Below, piece by piece: positions 27,424-37,370 of a stretch of DNA of 64,000 nucleotides. Positions within the stretch are counted from its first letter, which is position 1. Each line of letters begins with the position of its first letter. The DNA is from Cyanobacteria bacterium P01_A01_bin.123 (GTDB taxonomy: Bacteria; Cyanobacteriota; Cyanobacteriia; Phormidesmidales; Phormidesmidaceae). The stretch covers positions 1-64,000 of the forward strand of contig JBCBZT010000044.1 of the NCBI GenBank assembly GCA_039815185.1, written 5' to 3'. The notes under the pieces were generated by a model. That model did not search any database. It saw nothing but the letters and a program-made list of their open reading frames with translations, and had not been told where the DNA came from. The position numbers and the translations under genes were made by a program.

Positions 27424-29511
27424 TCATTCGTTTGAGGGGCAGAATGTCTTTTGAGAGGCGGAGTATAAAGAGGCAGCACGGTTAGATCGGTTACCGGCAG
27501 GTAGGCTGTCATATAAGTGACTTTCGTCTGCTCGGGTTTCTTTAAAAAAATATCTGAAGCGATGATTGCCTGTTCGTTCTCGAATGCCTGCAAAGGTAGC
27601 GTGGGCATCAACGACTTCGTAAATCGTTTCAAACTTACCAAATCGACCGACTGCATAAATGTACGCACCCAAAACTTCAGTGTAGCCTCCATTGAAGGTT
27701 CTGGCTTTGATGCCACCCTGTTCGGTTTTATGACCCAGTATCCAAAGAAAACCACCATCATTGCTAATGTTTTCGGGCGAGTTGGCAGGCTTTTCTGTAT
27801 TAAGCTGCCGAGCCCATATCTTGGCTTCAGGATGGTCAATGGATAGTTGGCCGGTGGCAATGCTGTTAAGGTAAATACCGCCTGGGCCTGAAGCTGTTAT
27901 CCGACCGGTTAGATTTTGCATTAATACGGTACGACTGGACGCATTTTCGTAGCCGATCTTAGTAAAATTAAAGCCCTGAAACTGGATAAAATCTGGGGCG
28001 GCAGGGTCATCTTTGATAGTAAACTGCCCTTTCCCAAGGATACGCGCTGGCGCGAAGCCAATAATATGTTGGAGACTTCCATGCAGCGTCACTTCGCCAT
28101 CCATGATGTACCAGTTCGGCTCGGGAGGTGTTCCCCCTGGAAAATATAGGGTAGTTTTACCCAGCTGTGCGGCAATGTCAACGGCGGCCTGGATAGTTTG
28201 TGTATCGTCAACTTTATCATTTGGATTGGCCCCAAAGTCTTTTACACTGAGCCAGTTATCTGAGTTAGGATCATATTGGGTTGGCAGATACCGAATCGGT
28301 AGGTTGGCTGAAGCGTTGATATTATCGGTGAAAGCTCTATCGACCCCATGGGAACTATATTCAGTGATGTTCTCTGTGGTCATGTTGAGGGTCTTACCTG
28401 CGAAACTTTTGAGGGCTTGTTTGTAGCCGCTAGTGCTAATATTGCGAGCGAAAAGAACCCCCCCGCTGATAATCGCGGGTTGGGAGGACTCACCCTCTAA
28501 GTGCCCATTGATTAAGGTCAGCGTTGTTTTATTGGAGTTCTGGGCTGGACGGGAGTAGACGGCAATGGGCGCATTCTCAACAGTCAGACCTTCAACCTGA
28601 AGTACGCCAGTACTATGATGGAGTCCGTAGGTACTTGCATCCCGAATCGCCAGGTTTGATAGGGTTGTGCTGTTAGCCCCGCTGGCTTTGACACCAATGG
28701 CAAATCCTTCAATTTCTAAGTTTTGAATCAGATGCGGCCCATTCAAATCGACAGACGACACGTCTAAGCCGATGGCACCATTGCCAATGATGCGAACGTT
28801 TTGCAGGATGCCTGTATTATTGCTGTGAAACTTTATCCCGACGGCACCTGGATTATCGCCTGTATCAATTGTGAGGTTAACGATAAAGCGGTTGAAGAAA
28901 TCAGCGCTAATATCTTTCCAGGTTGTCCCGTCATCGGCGTGAACCGTGCGCAAAACAGCTTGATCAGGTTGGTCAGCGTCACTGAAGCCAACGGCACGAT
29001 CATCTAATCTAAGAACCACGCCATCAATGCTTTGTCCATACATGTGGGGGGCGATAAAAAGAGCCCTACCGTTGGGTTGTTCGAAGCGAATTTCGCGAGT
29101 GACGCGATAAACCCCGTTTGGGAAGTATAGTGCTTTATTCTTACGAGCAGCTTCGTAAATAGCAGACTGAATGGCATCAGTATCATCTTTGCGACCATCT
29201 CCACTCGCGCCGAAGTCCTGAATATTAATTGCAATATCGGGATCTTCGGGCAGCACAATCTCAACTGCATCATTAAAGTTAACGGGGGACTGGCCATAAA
29301 TATTTTGGGCGGTTATGCTCCTGCTATTGCCCTCGGATAGGGGAATGTTTGCAAAACAATAATCAAGAGATATGGGCCCAGGCGGAGTGTATGGCCCAGG
29401 CCTACCTCCATTCCCTAGCATGCAGCCCGGCAAAATACCCATGGACAGGAGGGTTATCCCAGCTCTGAAAATGGTTTTAGAAATCCTGTTTGAAGCGGAA
29501 AAAAGGGTCAC
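27424..29511 (-). CDS. Pectate-lyase-3 / GH55-like beta-helix protein, possible lipoprotein
   Basis: Two 'xxDFGAxxDxxxDDTxxIQxA...LYFPxG' repeats. The N-terminal hydrophobic stretch ends in ILPGC (lipobox-like). GTG start uncertain. Confidence 0.78.
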   Translation of the reverse strand: MTLFSASNRISKTIFRAGITLLSMGILPGCMLGNGGRPGPYTPPGPISLDYCFANIPLSEGNSRSITAQNIYGQSPVNFNDAVEIVLPEDPDIAINIQDFGASGDGRKDDTDAIQSAIYEAARKNKALYFPNGVYRVTREIRFEQPNGRALFIAPHMYGQSIDGVVLRLDDRAVGFSDADQPDQAVLRTVHADDGTTWKDISADFFNRFIVNLTIDTGDNPGAVGIKFHSNNTGILQNVRIIGNGAIGLDVSSVDLNGPHLIQNLEIEGFAIGVKASGANSTTLSNLAIRDASTYGLHHSTGVLQVEGLTVENAPIAVYSRPAQNSNKTTLTLINGHLEGESSQPAIISGGVLFARNISTSGYKQALKSFAGKTLNMTTENITEYSSHGVDRAFTDNINASANLPIRYLPTQYDPNSDNWLSVKDFGANPNDKVDDTQTIQAAVDIAAQLGKTTLYFPGGTPPEPNWYIMDGEVTLHGSLQHIIGFAPARILGKGQFTIKDDPAAPDFIQFQGFNFTKIGYENASSRTVLMQNLTGRITASGPGGIYLNSIATGQLSIDHPEAKIWARQLNTEKPANSPENISNDGGFLWILGHKTEQGGIKARTFNGGYTEVLGAYIYAVGRFGKFETIYEVVDAHATFAGIRERTGNHRFRYFFKETRADESHLYDSLPAGNRSNRAASLYSASQKTFCPSNE

Positions 29512-29714
29512 AGTAGAGCGGATTAAGGCTAAAGCCTGTGGATTTAGAGTGAAGATGAGTCAATGTCCGAGAATGCATTGATTGCTGCGATCGCAAAAGC
29601 CTTGGTGCCTCCATTAACTTGTAGGAGAAGCTGCCAAACGAGACTGATCTGACCCTATTGTAGGCTCAACGATCTCTGAGCTCAAGTTTGCTTAAGCCTG
29701 AGTCGTCGGCAGAC

Positions 29715-31778
29715 TCACTGCCCAGTCAGTTCTAAGGTGGAGGCAGAGTAAAGGGATAGCCCTTTATTAAAGTCATTACCCGCAGGGACAGCAGACTCAG
29801 CTAATATTTCGGTTGTAGAATTTCTGGTTTCCCGTACAAAGTTTGGATACTTGGCTCTCGCTGTTCGTTCTCTGACCCCAGCAAAGGAAGCATCTGCATC
29901 AATAACCTCATAGATAGTGTCAAAGCTGCCTCTGCCGAGGGAGTAAATATAAGCACCTAAAATTTCGGTTCCACCTCCGTTTTGGGTAATGGACTTCAGC
30001 CCGCCATTCTCTGTTTTTTGCCCTAAAGTCCAGAGAGTACCCCCGTCATTAATGATGTTTTGATCGGTAGACCTTTCCGTATTAAGTTGTCGAGCCCAAA
30101 CCTTAGCATCAGGATTCTGAATCTGTAAGCTGCCGGCAAAACTGTTGATGAAAATATTACCCGAACCTGTGGCCGTAACATCACCGGTTGTATTTTCTAG
30201 CAACAAAGTGCGATTTGAGGCATTTTCATAGTCAATCCGCGTGAAGTTGAAGCCTTGAAATTGGACAACGGATGCACTGTCAACCTCATTTACCAACCTA
30301 AACCCACCCTCGCCTAGTATTCGAGCGGGTGCAAACCCAATCAAATGCTTCACGCTACCGTGAATATCAACAGTGCCATCAAGGGTATACCAGTTGGGAT
30401 CTTGAGATTTTTGCCCCGGAAAGTAAACCGTCGTTTTGCCCATGGTTGTAGCGGTATCAATCGCAGCTTGAATGGCGTCAGTGTCATCTACGTTGTCGCC
30501 GGGAAACGCCCCATACTCTGCAACACTCAGCCAATTAGAGGGGGTGGGATCGAAGGTCAGGGGCTGATAGCGAATGGGTAGATTTAGGGAGCGGTCGACG
30601 CTGCTATCAAACCCTTTGATAGTGCCGTGGGAACTGTATTCGTCAACAACTGCATCAGTGAAGTCGCCAGCGTTACCAGCATTGCCTTGAACAGCTTTGC
30701 CATAACCGTTTGTTGTAATGTTGCGTGCAAACAGTACGCCACCATTGATGATCGCAGGTTGGGATGAATTGCCACCGCTGAAGTTGCCGTTGACCAGAGT
30801 AAGCGTGGTGTATGCAACGTTGTTGATAGGTTTGGTAAAGACGGCGACTGGTGCATTTTCGACAGTAAGGCCTTCGACTTGGAGAACCTTAGCCGTATGA
30901 TAAATGCCATAGGAGCCTGCGTCTTTGACCATAATGTTAGAAAGTGTGCTGCTGTTCCCCCCCCCTGTGCGAACGCCAATATCAAACCCTTTGACTTCGA
31001 GATTTTGAATCAGGTGAGGGCCATTCAGGTCAACCGCATTGAGATCTAACCCGATAGAACCGTCCCCAATAATCCGAACGTTTCGTAGGATGCCAGTATT
31101 GTTGCTGTAAAACTTGATACCAGTTGCCCCCGGGTTATTGCCTGTATCGATGGTAAAGTTAACCAAGTAACGGTTAAAGAAATCAGCACTAACGCTGCGA
31201 AAATCTGTGCCATCTTCGACATTAATGGCACGGATAACAGCCCGTTTTGGATTATCTGGATCTTGAAACCCTGCCGCATTATCGTCTAATTTCAGCACTA
31301 CGCCCGCTTGACTCTGGCCATACAGATGGGGGCCAATATTCAGTGAGCCACCGTTGGCATTCTCAAGGCGAATTTCTTGGGTAACTCGATAAGTGCCATT
31401 GGGAAAATAAAGCGCTCGTCTCGATTCACCAGCTGCATAAATAGCATTTTGTATAGCCTGAGTGTCATCGGCGATGCCGTCACCTTGGGCGCCAAAGTCT
31501 CGAACGTTGATGACAATAGCCGGATCATCCGGGAAAACAATTTCGGCAGCATCTCCGAATTCGGTGGGAGCCTTCCCGTAAATCTTGTAGGCATCAAAGT
31601 CAACAGACCTGGGTGTAATGAGACCAGATTGTTTAGAGACAGCCGCTACAGCCATGACTTTGGCTTTGGAGAGGCTGTCTTGAATGTCTTCGACGATGTA
31701 ATCAAGCATATCAATACCTGTAGAGGTTGGCTTGAGGTTTGAGGTGTCGATGAGCGAGCTATCTGAATATCGCATCAA
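29715..31778 (-). CDS. Pectate-lyase-3 / GH55-like beta-helix protein (paralog of the adjacent gene)
   Basis: INVRDFGAQGDGIADDTQAIQNA..LYFPNGTY plus a second repeat. Shares SADFFNR, DLNGPHLIQNLE and WARQLNTE with its neighbour. Confidence 0.8.
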   Translation of the reverse strand: MMRYSDSSLIDTSNLKPTSTGIDMLDYIVEDIQDSLSKAKVMAVAAVSKQSGLITPRSVDFDAYKIYGKAPTEFGDAAEIVFPDDPAIVINVRDFGAQGDGIADDTQAIQNAIYAAGESRRALYFPNGTYRVTQEIRLENANGGSLNIGPHLYGQSQAGVVLKLDDNAAGFQDPDNPKRAVIRAINVEDGTDFRSVSADFFNRYLVNFTIDTGNNPGATGIKFYSNNTGILRNVRIIGDGSIGLDLNAVDLNGPHLIQNLEVKGFDIGVRTGGGNSSTLSNIMVKDAGSYGIYHTAKVLQVEGLTVENAPVAVFTKPINNVAYTTLTLVNGNFSGGNSSQPAIINGGVLFARNITTNGYGKAVQGNAGNAGDFTDAVVDEYSSHGTIKGFDSSVDRSLNLPIRYQPLTFDPTPSNWLSVAEYGAFPGDNVDDTDAIQAAIDTATTMGKTTVYFPGQKSQDPNWYTLDGTVDIHGSVKHLIGFAPARILGEGGFRLVNEVDSASVVQFQGFNFTRIDYENASNRTLLLENTTGDVTATGSGNIFINSFAGSLQIQNPDAKVWARQLNTERSTDQNIINDGGTLWTLGQKTENGGLKSITQNGGGTEILGAYIYSLGRGSFDTIYEVIDADASFAGVRERTARAKYPNFVRETRNSTTEILAESAVPAGNDFNKGLSLYSASTLELTGQ

Positions 31779-31867
31779 CTACCCTTGACTGCTTTTATGA
31801 AGTTCAGCTATGAGGTTCAGCGCTTAGCTGACGGGCTTTTAGGATGACATATTAGGTTCCCTTTAAC

Positions 31868-33574
31868 CTAGCCAATACCCACAGTTGAGAGGTCAGATGA
31901 TTGGCTCTGTTTGAGTTCATGGTTAAGAAAATCTGCTAATCGTAGGGCAAACGCCACAATCATAAAAGTAGAATTTGCTTGCCCGGAGGTTACAAAAATA
32001 GAGCTACTGGCAACGAACAAATCATCAAACCCGTGCACATTGCAATTAGGGCTGACAACCCCATCATTGGGATGCTCAGCCATGCGAGTGGTTCCATTTT
32101 GATGAAAGCCATCCCCAGCTTGTTCCCAAACACTCTCTGAAAGGTCATCGCTAAAATATTTGAGATAACCACAGTTGTGCTTTCGTAAGTAATCATCCCA
32201 ATAATGATGGGCTCGGACAACACTATCAATATCTTGGTCGCTATAGCGCAGGTCGATGTTGAGTCGGCGCATGCCTAGGACGTCAGTTTGATCAGACAAA
32301 CTGACCCGGCTGTCAAAATTGGGTATCTGCTCAGCGTGATAGTGCAATGGATACTCATTGGAGGCGCTATACATAAACAGAGCGGGTACCTTGCGTTTGG
32401 CGATATAGCGTTGATAGCCAAAGGTGGGAGCAAAGGCGATGGTTTTACCTAAATCACTGAGAATATTTTTAAAGTGCTTCCAATAAAAATCTTTACGTTC
32501 TTGACCGATGGCGGTATCTCGAATCGCTTTAGCAGCTAGATATTTGCCAAATGGAGAACTCAGGGTCAGATAGGCCAGGGAGAAAACACCGCTGCCGTGG
32601 CCAGGATCACCAAACGGGGGAGCCCCCAGCCAAGAAACCACATTGGTGAGATTTTTCTCGTGCTGAAACTCGCGTGTAAATGAGAAACGCCGCCGCAGGT
32701 AAATGTTGGACTCATCGCGATCGAAGCCAAAGATGGTTTTGTGAGGGGGGGTCGTAAAGTGAACTGCGGCAATATCACCGGATAGGTGCCCCATATAATA
32801 TCGCCCGAGCAGCCCGCTGTGGTTGCCAATACCGCCGGGGTGTTGGCGGTCAGAGGTCATCAGCAGACGGGTGGTATTGAGGGCACCGCTCGCCAAAATA
32901 TATTTGCGGGCTTTAATATTTAGGGCCTTTTGACCTAGGGTTTTGGCGTGCAGGCGGGTAACCTGGTTGCCAGCTTCACGGGTTTCGATTTCGGTACAGG
33001 TTAGTCCGTAAAATAATTTGATGTGCTGAGACTGTTTGAGCTGGGTGAAATATTCTTTACCAAAATTGGTCGGCAGCGACCATCGCTCCAAGGCCGAAGT
33101 CAGGACATGCTCGTCTGGTAGCCCCGGCACGATCGACTTTTGCGAAATGCCAGACAGCTTATGAAGGTCAAACTCAGCATCACCACAGAAAAAATAATCA
33201 CAGGAGCGCTGGAAGTAAGCCGTTAGCTCATCATAGGTAACCGGCCAGTCGGCGTGGGCTATATGCTCACGTCGATCAAAGTCAACCGGATCGTAGGGTA
33301 CACAGCGCCCACCCCAAATGGTAGAAGTACCGCCCAACTGTCGACGGGTACACTCTCCCATGGAGGCATGAAAATCAGGGTCAAACTGGTCAGCGTCGCC
33401 CAGAGCTTGGTTGGCATCAGCAAACCGTAACTGACCACTCTCGAGCAGGGCCACTGAATGATCGGCTTTGGCTAGCTCCAGGGCGAGCACAATCCCTGCA
33501 GGGCCAGACCCAACCACGGCAACATCGGCATGGATGACCTGATTGTCTTGAAGAGTTTCGGCATCAATTAGCAT
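31868..33574 (-). CDS. GMC-family FAD oxidoreductase
   Basis: VVGSGPAG, RQLGGTSTIWGG, LGRYYMGH, EQIPN, FHQNGTTRM, SGQANST. Confidence 0.88.
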   Translation of the reverse strand: MLIDAETLQDNQVIHADVAVVGSGPAGIVLALELAKADHSVALLESGQLRFADANQALGDADQFDPDFHASMGECTRRQLGGTSTIWGGRCVPYDPVDFDRREHIAHADWPVTYDELTAYFQRSCDYFFCGDAEFDLHKLSGISQKSIVPGLPDEHVLTSALERWSLPTNFGKEYFTQLKQSQHIKLFYGLTCTEIETREAGNQVTRLHAKTLGQKALNIKARKYILASGALNTTRLLMTSDRQHPGGIGNHSGLLGRYYMGHLSGDIAAVHFTTPPHKTIFGFDRDESNIYLRRRFSFTREFQHEKNLTNVVSWLGAPPFGDPGHGSGVFSLAYLTLSSPFGKYLAAKAIRDTAIGQERKDFYWKHFKNILSDLGKTIAFAPTFGYQRYIAKRKVPALFMYSASNEYPLHYHAEQIPNFDSRVSLSDQTDVLGMRRLNIDLRYSDQDIDSVVRAHHYWDDYLRKHNCGYLKYFSDDLSESVWEQAGDGFHQNGTTRMAEHPNDGVVSPNCNVHGFDDLFVASSSIFVTSGQANSTFMIVAFALRLADFLNHELKQSQSSDLSTVGIG

Positions 33575-33584
33575 GGTTTTTGGC

Positions 33585-34559
33585 TTAAGGGGTGGGGGCG
33601 GTTGATTGGGTTGCTAATAGAGTGCCCATTTGCTCGGTAGTCAGCGGGGCAGCTGCTAGCGCATTCAGGTTATCGGTGAGGTGTTTGACACTGTTGGCCC
33701 CAGCAATTACCACGGAGACACCGTCGAGCTGGTGAACAAATTGGAGCGCTAAGTGGGAGATGGAGCAATCACACTGCCCCGCCAGCTCACGATAGCGTTC
33801 AATGCCAGCTTGCTCATCCGGATCCTCTGACCCTTGAAAAAGTTTCCCAGAAGCAAAGGGTTGCCGCGCCACAATGGCAATACCAGCTTGCTGAGCAGTC
33901 GGTAGCAGCTCGGTGACTGCTCGCTGGTCAAGCAGGTTAATCTCGACCTGGAGGGCAGAGATATCGGAGACCTCAAGGCAAAGTAATGCATCTTCAAGGG
34001 TTTCGCACGAGACTCCGTAGTAGCGCAGCTTGCCCTGCTGTTTGAGCATGGCCAGGGTCTCGAAGGCGTTGCCCACTTTGATGATCTCAGTCGGAGGGCT
34101 GTGGAGCATAAAAATATCGAGATAGTCGGTCTGCAGGCGGCGTAAGCTACCTTCGACAGACTGGGTGAGATAGTCTTTAGAAAAATCTTGACGCGATAGT
34201 GAGCCCTTCGCCTGAGCCAGTGACCCACCTTGGGGTTTGAGCATGCGCACCAGAGGTTTGAGAATCGGCTTTACCTTAGCCGCCAGCGCCCCCATCGAAG
34301 AAAGACCATAGCCCGCCTTGGTGGCAAAGGTCACCTGATCTCGTTTGTTTTTGAATGCTTTTCCTAATAGACGCTCACTCTGGCCTTGGCCGTAGCTGTC
34401 CGCCGTATCGTAGAAATTGATGCCTGCGTCCAGTGCTTGTTGTAAGGTGGCGATGGCCTGTTTGCGGTTACCGCCCTGCAGATTGCCCCCTAATCGGGAG
34501 CAGCCTAAGCCCAGTGCGGCAACGGTTAAATCGGTTTTGCCGAAGGACCTTTTTTCCAT
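33585..34559 (-). CDS. Aldo/keto reductase
   Basis: GINFYDTADSYG, ATKAG, SLRRLQTDYLDIFMLH, GKLRYYGVS. Confidence 0.9.
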   Translation of the reverse strand: MEKRSFGKTDLTVAALGLGCSRLGGNLQGGNRKQAIATLQQALDAGINFYDTADSYGQGQSERLLGKAFKNKRDQVTFATKAGYGLSSMGALAAKVKPILKPLVRMLKPQGGSLAQAKGSLSRQDFSKDYLTQSVEGSLRRLQTDYLDIFMLHSPPTEIIKVGNAFETLAMLKQQGKLRYYGVSCETLEDALLCLEVSDISALQVEINLLDQRAVTELLPTAQQAGIAIVARQPFASGKLFQGSEDPDEQAGIERYRELAGQCDCSISHLALQFVHQLDGVSVVIAGANSVKHLTDNLNALAAAPLTTEQMGTLLATQSTAPTP

Positions 34560-34563
34560 AGTA

Positions 34564-34592
34564 TTTAAGACCTGATGTGTTTAAGACCTGAT
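34564..34592. repeat. 13-bp direct repeat with 16-bp period just upstream of the AKR start
   Basis: tttaagacctgat at 34564-34576 and 34580-34592. Confidence 0.85.
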
Positions 34593-34639
34593 TCGTGAAT
34601 GAATAACTTGTTCGTTTATAGTTTTATGCAACTGCAGAT

Positions 34640-35821
34640 TTATGCAACCGCAGGGGCCTTGAGGGCGATCACTTTTTGATAGATCTCCATCAAACGTTTG
34701 TAGTTCTCGGAGGCGGTATAGCGGACTTCAAATTCTTCCCTGGCTTGCTGACGAATCTGTTGCCAATCATTGGGATGATCTAGAACCCACTCCACCTGAG
34801 TAATCAGATCATGGACATCACCCGGCTCAAACAAAAGCCCGGTTTTGTAGGGTTTGACCAGCTCAGTGATTGCACCGATGCGCGAAGCCAAAATTGGGGT
34901 GCCTTTAGCATAGGCTTCGATGGCAACCCGTCCGAAAGTTTCATACCACTTAGACGAAAAGACAAAGAATTTAGCCTCCCCCATCAGTTCGTATACCTCC
35001 GAAAGAGGACGACGACCTAGATATTCAATATGTTCAAAGCGCTCAGCAGCGGCTTCAACTTCAGGCGCTAAGGGACCCGCACCGACAATTTTCAGGGGGA
35101 TGCGCGTATGTAGCTTTTCCCAGGCGGTCAAGAGCGTATCAACGCCTTTTTCGGGGGATAGTCGTCCGACAAAGAGACCATAGCCGCCTTTACCATGGCC
35201 AGGTTCTGGGGCCGGATGGAGAAAATTTGTCTTAAATTCAAATTTTTCTTTGGGCAGGCCACCTTCAATAAATTTATCGAGGGAAAATTGACTGTAAGCA
35301 ATAAAGACATCAACTGCCTTAGCCCAGGTGCCAATCAAATTGTGCAGGTTGACCATCGTTGCAACTGCACCGCTAGCAACGCGACTACCTCGATAGCAGC
35401 CATGGACAACACCAGGCCAGGGCATGGGCTTACCGAGACAGTCTTCACAGATCTGTCCATTGCGAAAGAACAAACCGTTGGGGCACAACAGACGATAGTT
35501 GTGGAGGGTTTGAACAACGGGTATCCCAGCTTCTTGGACTGCATAGTAAGCAGCTGGAGAAATTAAGGGAAACGTGTTGTGGAAGTGGGCAACATCGGGG
35601 CGGAACTCCTTGATCAGGGCTTTGACCTTTTGAAATGAGTTGTGATTCCACAGGGTGGCTGCAGCCAGATTAATGGCATTCATCTCCTCAACATCATCGT
35701 TGTGGATGGTGTAACGATAAACTTCATGACCGTAGGACTCTAGCAAGTCAGCTTCGGTGGTGAAAATAGTATCTTCGCCGCCAAGCTGCTGGTAATAGTT
35801 ATGAATAGCTAGAATGCGCAT
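34640..35821 (-). CDS. Glycosyltransferase family 4
   Basis: HNYYQQLGGED, TLHNYRLLCP, FVGRLSPEKG, SKWYETFGRVAIEA. Confidence 0.9.
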   Translation of the reverse strand: MRILAIHNYYQQLGGEDTIFTTEADLLESYGHEVYRYTIHNDDVEEMNAINLAAATLWNHNSFQKVKALIKEFRPDVAHFHNTFPLISPAAYYAVQEAGIPVVQTLHNYRLLCPNGLFFRNGQICEDCLGKPMPWPGVVHGCYRGSRVASGAVATMVNLHNLIGTWAKAVDVFIAYSQFSLDKFIEGGLPKEKFEFKTNFLHPAPEPGHGKGGYGLFVGRLSPEKGVDTLLTAWEKLHTRIPLKIVGAGPLAPEVEAAAERFEHIEYLGRRPLSEVYELMGEAKFFVFSSKWYETFGRVAIEAYAKGTPILASRIGAITELVKPYKTGLLFEPGDVHDLITQVEWVLDHPNDWQQIRQQAREEFEVRYTASENYKRLMEIYQKVIALKAPAVA

Positions 35822-35893
35822 GTTTTTTTTGGCGTAGGTTTTAGTATAGAGAGGCGGTAGCTGTACGAAGTAGTACGTTGTCTTTGTCGAAGA

Positions 35894-37132
35894 TTATTTG
35901 GTGAGCATGGCTTCATTGCCTAACTTGTTGTAGAGTTCAGCAAGCTTCTGCCCTTTAGCTGCCCAGTTGAACTGGGTTTGAATTTTTTGGCGTCCAGCCT
36001 GGCCGAGTTGCTGTCTCAGATCAGGGTCTTTAGCAAGTTGCTGAATAGCTTGGGCTAGATCATTAACGGTTTGTTCTGGGGTATAGGCGGGGATTTTGAT
36101 GCCGGTATCTTGATCGACTTGAACACTGGGGCCTCCTAAATCAAGGCAGAGGATAGGTCGACCAGCAGCCATCCCTTCTAAGCAAACCCAACCGCCGGAA
36201 TCGTGGAGGCTAGGATGCACTAGGACATGAGAATGACTCAGGCGCTCGAGGGTTTGGGAGCGAGGCAAATTGCCCCAGAAACGCACCTGCTCACTGACCC
36301 CAAGCTGCTGTGCTAGCTGCTCAAAATTCTGGCGTTCTACACCGTCGCCTAAAATCCAATATTCGGCATTGGGGAGGTTGGCTTTGGCAAAGGCCTGGAT
36401 GCTTAGATAAAAGCCTTTCCAGTGGAGCAATCGGCCCATGCTGATGAACCGGATGATGTCCCCTTCTGGAGGTGGACATTGGGCCAAATGCTCGATGTCT
36501 GTATCAGGCAGACTTGCTTCTGGAACAACAGTAACGTTGCGAGCTCCCATCTTGCGGACTTGGCGAGCCGTGTCTTCGGTTGTAACCTGTGCGATCGCAG
36601 ACCGCCGAGCCGTCATTCGAGCAAATGGATCTCGCTCACCCACTTTATGGGCAAACCATCGTAGAAACTCATAAACTTTGGCACGCAAGCTAAAATCTCT
36701 AAAAAAAGGTTTGGGAGCTGCTTCAGCTCCCCCCACGGTGCCCCAAATAAAAGGGATGGGCAACAATGAAATGAAGCTAGGACTGGAATAACGAACAAAG
36801 GTGACATGATGTGCCAAGTCAAACCCAATTTCGCGATGCAGGCTCCGCGCCACGAAATAAGCCTGAATTTGCCACAGATAATAATGCAGGACAAAAGCTA
36901 CTGATCCTAATTTCCAGAAACCTTTCAAAATTGGTAATGTGCAATAAACAAAATGTAGATTTGGATTTGGATTTTCTTTGATAAAAGCTTCATTAGCTAG
37001 ACGACCATCGTCTGGACGTGTCAACACCCATACTTCGTGGGATTTGGCGGCTTCCCAAGCCATATTCCAACCGACACCGGGCTCTGAGCCACGACCTGCT
37101 TCACAGGCATATGCAGAGAGCAATACCTTCAT
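35894..37132 (-). CDS. Glycosyltransferase family 4
   Basis: MKVLLSAYACEAGRGSEPGVGW, GRLLHWKG, PSLHDSGGWVCLEGM. The ATG at 37132 is preceded by GGGGAG. Confidence 0.88.
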   Translation of the reverse strand: MKVLLSAYACEAGRGSEPGVGWNMAWEAAKSHEVWVLTRPDDGRLANEAFIKENPNPNLHFVYCTLPILKGFWKLGSVAFVLHYYLWQIQAYFVARSLHREIGFDLAHHVTFVRYSSPSFISLLPIPFIWGTVGGAEAAPKPFFRDFSLRAKVYEFLRWFAHKVGERDPFARMTARRSAIAQVTTEDTARQVRKMGARNVTVVPEASLPDTDIEHLAQCPPPEGDIIRFISMGRLLHWKGFYLSIQAFAKANLPNAEYWILGDGVERQNFEQLAQQLGVSEQVRFWGNLPRSQTLERLSHSHVLVHPSLHDSGGWVCLEGMAAGRPILCLDLGGPSVQVDQDTGIKIPAYTPEQTVNDLAQAIQQLAKDPDLRQQLGQAGRQKIQTQFNWAAKGQKLAELYNKLGNEAMLTK

Positions 37133-37370
37133 GCTGCTCCCCCAACTGACTGGCGACTTTGCCAACTTTTGCTAGAAACTACATTTACTACTTCATGCAG
37201 CACAAATTTCGCCCTTTCAGTGCATCTATCGGGATTTTCACCTAGGCTTCTTGAAAATATCAAGAAAAACACCAGCCTTTATGGAACTTTTAATCTTGCA
37301 TTTAAAAACACTTAAGGCTTAATAAAAATGAAGATGCCATGTAATGAATGGATTCATCCTAGAATTATCC

